Of a DNA stretch of 54,439 nt, positions 22,001 to 31,000 are shown one piece after another; the first letter of the stretch is position 1, and the number at the start of each line of letters is the position of its first letter. A model generated the notes under the pieces. It was not told where the DNA came from. It was given only the letters and a program-made list of their open reading frames with translations, and ran no database searches. The translations under genes were made by a program, and so were the position numbers. Source of the DNA: a virus (Duplodnaviria; Caudoviricetes); the IMG/VR virus record IMGVR_UViG_3300025102_000037, positions 1 to 54,439 of that record; one strand, 5' to 3'.

Positions 22001-25000
22001 GGGCAATGGCGATATTTCATATTCTTTTGCTGATCAAATTGGTATGGGTATTGTTGATACATTGGCTGGTGAACAAATTGGCACGACTCACGAAATGGTT
22101 GAAGATTACGAAGATGACTATGATTCTAGCGGTGCTAAGATTCATGGTAGTGATCGTATGGATCCAGTTAAGCATCGTGGTGCTCCAATTAAGATTAATA
22201 TGGCTGAACCCATGTTGCCGGGACGTTTAGAAAAACTTAAAGAAGATCATAGATTGATGATGGTTAATCAATTCATTATGGAATTAGATTTAACCGAAGA
22301 GGAAATGGGAATGATCTTTGACTTTACTGATCCTGAAAAAACACCAGATAAGACTGCTGTGGGTGTAGTTGCAGATAGATCTAAGTTTATTGCTGGTGAA
22401 AGACCAATGCCTAGAATTATCTTTGCTGATCCAACCGCTAATCTTCAATCTAGAAAAAAGTTATTAGAAGACATGGCTTTTGCTTTATCAGGACTGCATG
22501 ATGTTCTTTTGTCTAGTATTCACGACTCTGTAAACAATCAAGTGTATGGGGAAAGTATTCCTAGTGGTTTCTTAGATGAAGGAATTGTTTCTGAACTGTA
22601 TGAACGTCATGGTATTGGCTTACCCGGAACTACGGTTGCTATTCCGGGCAGAGAAGATGCCTTAGGACGGGGTGCTGGTGAAGCTGGTGGCTTTGGAGTT
22701 GCTGGTGCTCGCTTTGGTACACTGGCCTATCACGCGGCTCGAAGCTACGGCAAAATGTATCCAGTGTTTAGAGATACTGCTATTGAAGGATTGGCTACAT
22801 GGTCTGCCTTTAGTAAAGCAATCAATGAAGCCACTGATATTGGCATTAAGTCTGCGGAAGAAGCTTTAAGCAAAGATACATACTTTGACGGTAACTTTAA
22901 TGGTATTCACCACAAGATGGCTTTGTCATTTACATTTACAGAAATGGAACTTGATTGGTCATTTCCTACAGATAAATTAAGAGCTGCCATTGCAGACAAG
23001 GGAGATGCTTTAGATAGGTTCTTGTTTGATCATCATGAGATGATGGGTAACAAATTTGTTGGTCGATATAAGAATAGAAACAAAGAAGATTATTATATTA
23101 AGAGTGCTCACGATATCTTGTTAGCTTTATTTAAACGGGCGTATCAAGGAACGGGACCTGAGCAAAAGCTAGCACAAGATACTGTGGAAAAACTGCAAGA
23201 GATTGGCTTCCTTCCAGAAACCTTATCTGTTGCAACATTCGAAGACGGTATTACAATTGATAATCTTTTGGATGGTGAAGAGTATGCTAAGGTTCGAGCA
23301 TTGTTTAAAAAACCAGTGATGACCTATCTTTATGGGGCTAAAAAAGATACTATCAATAAAGAATTTAAAAACTTTTTGGTAGATGAGATGGGATTAAATG
23401 CTACAGAAGCTTCAAAAGTTTCAGATCCTCTTACAAGAATTGCACTTGGCTTTGGCTTAAAGAGTAGACAGATTGCTCTTACTGATCTAACTAATAAAGA
23501 TCGAACAGAAGATCCGTTATTAAAAAATATTTTAGGCGATGACTCTCAGTTAGATTCTATCTTAAAAGCTATGCGTACTCGTATGGATGCTCATGGGTTT
23601 ACCGATGACAATCAAAGAAAACTTAGAGAACATATTAGAAACATGATGGTTGATCCAAGCAACCCCATGGCATTGGAAGATATTACCTTTAACAATCTTG
23701 CATTCCAAATTCAAATGCGTGATTCTATGATTGAAGGATTGATTCAAGGACAACTTGGCTACCAGCCCGGAACACCTGAGTATAACCGGATGAAGTCTAA
23801 GATTAATAAAACAATGCAAGCAGCTTCAGATAAACAAATGGAGTTCTTGGGAAATAGAATTAGAAAGGGTATTGAACGATTATCTGCTCCTGCCTTGACT
23901 AGTGATACTCCTCTTTTAAAATTAACCGATAAAGAATTAGAAACTGTACCTAAGGTTGTTGGTATTCTTTTGACTAAACCTAAATCAGAATGGTCACAGT
24001 TTGAAGAAGTGAAACCATACTTAGATAAAAATGGTAACATTAGTGATGAACCTGTAGGGGAAACTTTAAATCTTAAAAAGAATATGGGTTCCTTTATCCG
24101 TCACATTAGAGTAGAAATTAATGAAGGCATTACAAGAGAAGAAGCTCAAGAAGTTCAAAAGGAAGCAGATGCTGCTATCGAGCCACAAGAGGGTCTATTC
24201 CAAGCAGTAAAAGCTATGGGCGAAGTCGGTAGAAAACTAGACATGGTTGCTCTTGATGAGCTAATGGAGTTTGCTGGTATTTCCGTTGGCGATCCTAATA
24301 TGCGAAATACTCTTGAAAAATACTACAAAAATAATCTTACCTATCGTGGTATTGGTAGAGATGGCTATGCTGGACGCTGGTACGGCACTGAGCACGAGGG
24401 AACTCACCAAGGACCCAAGGGGGCTCAGGATCAAGGGGTAGCCGCTGACGAGCCCCTGCTGGCTATGGGAGCTATGCTTAAGGCTCGTAATGAGGTTAAT
24501 TTTGATAAGGCAGAACAAATGTTTGCTAGGTATTTATTACACCGCACGGCAAATGTTCATACAAATGTAGAACATGTTATTGTTAAAATTGCCAAACAAA
24601 AATTAGAAGGTGAAAAAGATCCTGATCAAATTAGAAGACTAAAAGCAATTATTGCAATTATGACTCCCGATAATGAGTTAACACCAGAACAAAGAGTTGA
24701 ACGCGATATTCAATTCTTTGAAGATTGGCATTCACAATATGAAGTTGCTAAGGCTGTTGAAGATGCAGTTAAAACCCAAGGTGGGTTTGAAAGTTTAACT
24801 GATTCAGAAAGACAGCAGGTTAAATTAAGCTCTATGTTAACACAAGCCACTGCTGCTCATGGTATGGATCCTGAAACTGTAGACACACCAGCTACAACTG
24901 TAGAAGAACTTGAAGATCGTAAGATTAATTTGGGGCAGAATCATGGTATGTTTGCCACTAGGGCAAAAGCTTTTGATACCTCGTTTAGAAACTTAGGTGT

Positions 25001-28000
25001 GCCGGAATTTAAAAAGATTAGAGTTAAACGAATTTTACAAGGCACCGGAATGGTTACAGGTAAGATTGAAAGCCTTCGAGACTTTATGGATAATGCCGAA
25101 GAGTCAGATGCTTTAATGATTGAGCAAGAACATGTAAACAATCTTGTGGAAAATCCATATAGCACTGAACCAAATGATTTGCTTTATCCTGAATTAAATA
25201 TTGCTGAAAGCAGTGATATTGCTATGCAGGCTAGCAGACAAACTATTCAAAAGTATGCTACATCATTAAGAACTAAACTTATTAGATTTGCATATGATCA
25301 TGGATTAATTGAAATGATTCAACGTGGCGAATGGCAGCGTGTTGACTATCTTATGAAGGTTCGTATTATCAGAGATAGAAACCACGAGCAACGTAGAACT
25401 GAGTTAAACAGACTCCCTGCTGAATTGTCACGAGAAGAATTAACTAAGAGACGCGAAGAAATTATCCATAGATACAGAAGAAAGACTGCAAGGGAAATTA
25501 AATTAATTAATCAAAGAGCAGAAGAAAATGCAGATGCAGTTAGCACGATTGTAGAAATGGCTCCCGGTGGAAATGTGTCTACTATTTCTACAGGAACCTT
25601 GGTAAACAAAGATGGTACGTCTAAGAATCTTGGAGAGATTTTAAATACTTTAAGAAACGAATTGAATAACCTAGGTGCATACGGAGCATTGTCTCCTGTT
25701 GAAGGCGTAGCCATGGATGACTTATCTAGAGCTGTGTTTGTTACAGAAGAAACAGCTGACAGACCTAGAATTGTTCACGCTTCAGATGCTGCTCACATTC
25801 TTACTCTTATTATTGATATGCAAGATACTGCAGATTTCTTACGAACTGAGGGAAGAGAGTTAGTTGAAACTATTATTAAGAGAAACGATCTTGATATTAC
25901 TGTTGAAGAATTTACTAAAAGGCTCCCTGTTTATGGTAAATATTTGTCGTTAGATGAAGCTATTTTTGTCATTGATGAGTTAGATAAGAAAGAAACTTTA
26001 GCTGACAGAAATATTCTTACCTTAGCTAAGAGTGCATACTTGGGTCAACTAGATCAAGAAGAAACAGAAACAGCTTTGCGAAGCACTAGTTCTAGAAGAG
26101 GTTTGATTGCCGGTACTGGCGAAATTGCTACAGAAAATAAAATTCAAGGTACGACGGGTAGAATTAAACTTACACTGTCTCAAGCAAGGCAGGCTCTTTT
26201 AAATATTAGAAACAGTACTACCTTAGATTTAATTACTGATACACATTACACTGGTATTAGCCACCTTAATAAGCATAAGTCAAGAGGTACGCGTCTTGAT
26301 CAAATTGATCATGTTACAGGCCAACGTGTTTCTGAAATGCGTCTTAGAGATGAAGTACACGCTGAGGGTATGCAGTATCTTGTAGATGAATACAATGTAC
26401 GAGAAGGCAAACCTACAGAATTAAATACCAGTCTTAATGTTGTTGTAGGCGGCAGAGATAGATCTATGTTGTCGCAAACTGAAGGCGGTAACAGAAGGTT
26501 GCCAGCAATGGGTGGCGTGTTTGCCGAAGGTCCGTTTAGAAAACGACGCGGTACTCAACAAGCTATCTATTTAGACTATAGTCAATTTGAGGGGGAAACC
26601 GATCAACTTCATAGCGGTGTATTAAAAGCGCAGTTAACTGCATGGAAACAACTTGAAGTATTGCCCGATGAATTAGAATCATTGGTGGATATCAAGCCGC
26701 CATTTAGAGGGGAAAAACTTAGATTGCTTAAGCAGCAAAGAGTTTTAGGATATCTGGCAACTCACTATTCTATTTCAGATGAAACTAGAATTACTATTCC
26801 TGCGGTAATAAAAGATGGCAAGGTTGAACAAAAGGCAAAATCCTTTGGTTCTGTTGCAGTTAACACTGCGTTAGCTTACATGGAATTGTATGGCAATACT
26901 AAGGAAATGTTTGTAACTGAAGGCGGTGTTACAAGATCCTTAACGTTAGAAGAAGTAATTCAATTGCCAGAAGTTCAACGAATGATTACCAAAGCTGAAA
27001 CATGGGCTACTACTGCATTGATGGTTAGAACTGGAGAGAATGGTAAGTACTATGATGAGGCCAGAGGTTTTGTTATGTGGCTTGCTGAAAATCCTGCAAG
27101 CTTTACCTCGTCAGATGAAAATCAGTTAGATATTCAATTCTTTGAGTATCTTAAGAGCAGAAACAAAAGTATTGATTTGCTTGATAAAGCTGAAATGAAA
27201 GCTGCTCAAGATGCTCTTAGAAAAGCTATTAGTCAAATTGAAGTTGAAGATAGCTTACAAAGCAGAGAAGTTCCGCTAACTCTTACGGTTGATCCTGATA
27301 CTGCTGCAAAGAATCTTGAGAATACTATCTCAGGTGTTGCATTTAAGAGTTCATTAGAGCAGGCTGTTGCTGATGGTTATATCTCCGAAACAACTAAGGA
27401 TATTGTTCTTGCTGTAGTGGCTAAGATTTCTGCTAGCAATGCAGACTTCTTAAATAGAGTTGATATTCAGTTTGGTGCTAATAAGAGTAGAGCTATTAGT
27501 GCTATGGCTGGTGATAGATATCTTATTGAGCTTAGTACAGCTGATGGCAAAAAGAATCCCATGACTGCAGCTAAGATTCTTCTTCACGAATTAGTTCACG
27601 TTGGTACATATAAGTATTTTGATTTAGAGTCTACCTCAGATGAGATGTTACAGATTAAAGAGCTTATGAGATTTAGATCTGTTAATAAGCTTATGTTTGA
27701 TATGACCGCTGCGTTTACTAAGGGCGATAGAACTGCTACATTCCAAAGACATAGACAGTTTATGAAAAAACCAGAAGAGTTTGTTGCTGAGTCTGCTGCT
27801 ATGTTCTGGCTAACAGAAGCAAGAGCAGAGATTGAACAGATTCTTAGTGATGCAGAAGGTAAGATTGAGTTTAGTGAAGTAGAGGATGCGGGTAAACAAA
27901 ACTTTATTAAACGAATTAGAAAAGCAATTGTAAGAAGTATTGACAGCACTAGAAATACTTTAAGATCTATGATTGCTACTATGACAGAGTTTGAAAGTTA

Positions 28001-31000
28001 TTACGGAGAAGAAGGTAAGGCTGAGCTTGCTAAAATGAAAGAGCTTGCTTTACAAGCTGCTGGTATTGTTGTTAAGAATGGCAAACCAGATGCATCCTTA
28101 GTGGCTAAACCAAACAATCATCGTTATGTATTTCATCATGATGGTTCTGAGTCAGGAACAACTACGGAAAAAACAGATGATGAAGTTTTAGATTTATTGG
28201 GCAAGATTAGATCTATTAAGGATCAAATTAATACACAAAGAGGTAAGGATGGAAATGATTTATCTCCAGAAGAATTAAGTGCATTGGGCGATGAATTAAC
28301 TGCAAGAAACAGCGAACTTGATGCTGTTGATGCACTACCAGATGAGTTTGGTACATTTAGAAGCCAAAGAATTATAGCTGAGCAAGAGCTTAGAGATAAC
28401 GGTAGATTTAGATCTGGTGATGGTGTTCTTGTTGTTGACATGAAAGATTTACTGGTAGAAAAACCGGGAGTTGCCTTAAGTATCTTTACTCGTAACCTTA
28501 AAAATAATAATGGTAAAATCCATAGAGGTTTCTTAGATAGAATTGCTTTGAATCGAGAAGGTCTTAATCAACTTACTTTAGGTCCTTCACAAAATGATAT
28601 GACTTATGATTCTATTTATGATTTAGCTGTTCAACTTAGTTTAGTGATTGATCAACAAATTCTTATGACTGAACATATGATTAATCCTGAAGGAACTTCT
28701 GATTTGCTTAGAGCAAAACAAAAAATTGATAATCAACTTGCCTTCTTGCGTGGACAAATTAGAGGCAACAAAGATATTAAACCTGAGCAAGAAAGTAAAA
28801 TTTTGTATTACTTAGCTCATCCTAAAGCAAAACCAGAAACAGGCGAAGAAGCGTTGCATGACGTAGCCAAGTTAATGCGTACACAATTTAATGATGTTAT
28901 TGATTTAGCTAAAGATACTGGACTCTTGTTTAAAGGTTTAGATTATTCTCCAGTTCCAATTAAGATTAATGAACAAGCCTTAATGGAAAACAGAAATGAA
29001 ATTATGAAATCATTAACTGGCGATATTGCCAAAAAGATTCGTGGTAACATGGCAGATGCTATTGACCCTATTACCCTAATGAGTTCTGGGCTGCTTCCTC
29101 CAATGTTCTTAACAAGCAAAAGAACCGATCCTAACTCTTTATCAGAAGATCAAAAGAAAGATTTTATTAATGCTGTTCAGAAACTGGCAAAGACTGAAGC
29201 TGGTCGAAAAGTTATTGAGCATGCAATTGGATTGCTACGTCCAGAACAGAAAGAACAATTTGAAGGATATCCTATTAAAGAATTATTAGGATATAAATAT
29301 CCTGTAGGTGGAGACTCTAATTGGAAGACTCATCATGTTATGAATCTTATGATTGCGTTTGAAACTTTATACGAAAAGGGATTTAAACAACAAGGATTTA
29401 GAAAAGGTGCTGGCAGACATAATGTTTTAATTGAGTTTGTAAATCAAAAACAAAACAGACAACAGTATATTGATGCAGTTAGTAGCCAAATTAATACTAA
29501 TCAATATACTATTATGAGAGCTAATAAGAAATTTAATGTTAGTGCAGTAAGAGCTACGCCCCTTGATCCGGGCAAGTCTACAGACACACCTGTTTATAGC
29601 CCCGCTACTTACAGAGCAGAATTATTTTTAGGCGAAGTTCAAAGCGGTGTTAGATTCTTGGCTGCTGATAAAGTATTTGAGCCTACCTCTTCTGAAATTG
29701 TATCTCAAATGTTGGGTACTGCTGCTGATAGAGCTGATGGTACACACACCTTAGGTGATGCTTTTGTTAAAGATAGTGAAACTTTGATTGAAGGCGTAGG
29801 TACAGGATTAGGTTTTGATGCAGTTGCTACTCTAGCAATTGGACATAGAGCTAGAGGTAATGGCTACGAAATTGAAGGTATACGTTTTGATGACATTCTT
29901 GGTGCATTGTTAGAAACGGGATCAGATGCAATCATTAGAGATCCTGTGCTTACTGAGGGTGTTCGAGATGGACTTAGAAAGAATAGAAGTATTAGCGGTC
30001 TTAGGGATTCACTAAAGGTTGTTCAAAATAAATATGATACTCTAGCGGGTCGAAGAGTTCGTGTTGATAAGACTCAGGGCTCTGGGTTGATAAACCGAAT
30101 TGCCTCTATGGGTAGTGATCTTGTGCTTGCGTCCTATGGTGGTAACTTAGCTTTGGCTACCTCTATTGTGGAAGGTACTGCTACTGCATTCCAAATGGCT
30201 GGTCGAGGTGATATGTTGCGTGGTCCTGCTATGTTGTTAAAGTCTATGTTAATGGGCGGTGCTCAAGGTACGTTGGGTGGATTGGTAAAAGCTGGTAGAT
30301 TGTTTGGATTTGAGTCTAATAGATTCCAAATTAAAAGCACTGCTGCAGAGTTATCCTATGCGTTTGAGCATACAAAAGTTAGAGGAATGGAAACAAGTAG
30401 CGATGATCCAAGTTTAGTAACAGAAGGCACTATGTCTAAAATTGGAGCATTTGTTGGACAAGTTCCTAGATCATTAGCTGATGCAGCTACTGGTGCGTCA
30501 TCTGGTGTTACTAACGGAATTAAATTTGCTGTTGAGGGATTAGCTATTAATACTTTAAATAAATTAATTCGTAGTGGCGGCTTAATGAAGATGGCCAAGT
30601 TCTTAGAAACTGATAAAGGTAAAGAACTACTGGCTTTAGGTGAGTCTGAAAACATAGCAACATCTAAATTGTATAGCCAAGTTAAAAGAATTCTAAAGGG
30701 TAGTGGCCTTTCTGATTTTGCATTCTTGGGTAAACATGATGTAAAAGTGTTTATGGCTATGATGGATTCAGGTGTATTACGTCCTGATTTCTTAAAAGAT
30801 TTAAATGATTTAATTAACGTAGCTGGCTTAGAACAGTTTATCTTTGATGGTTCTGCGGCTAAGTATAGTCCAAGAAGTTCTGCACTAACTCATATTGCCC
30901 AACTTCAAAGAGCCGCGTTAATGACTCAGGATAAAGCTAAGCGTGACAGATTTATGAATACGCTTAGTCAAATTAAAGAATATGTAAACAGAGAGATTGA

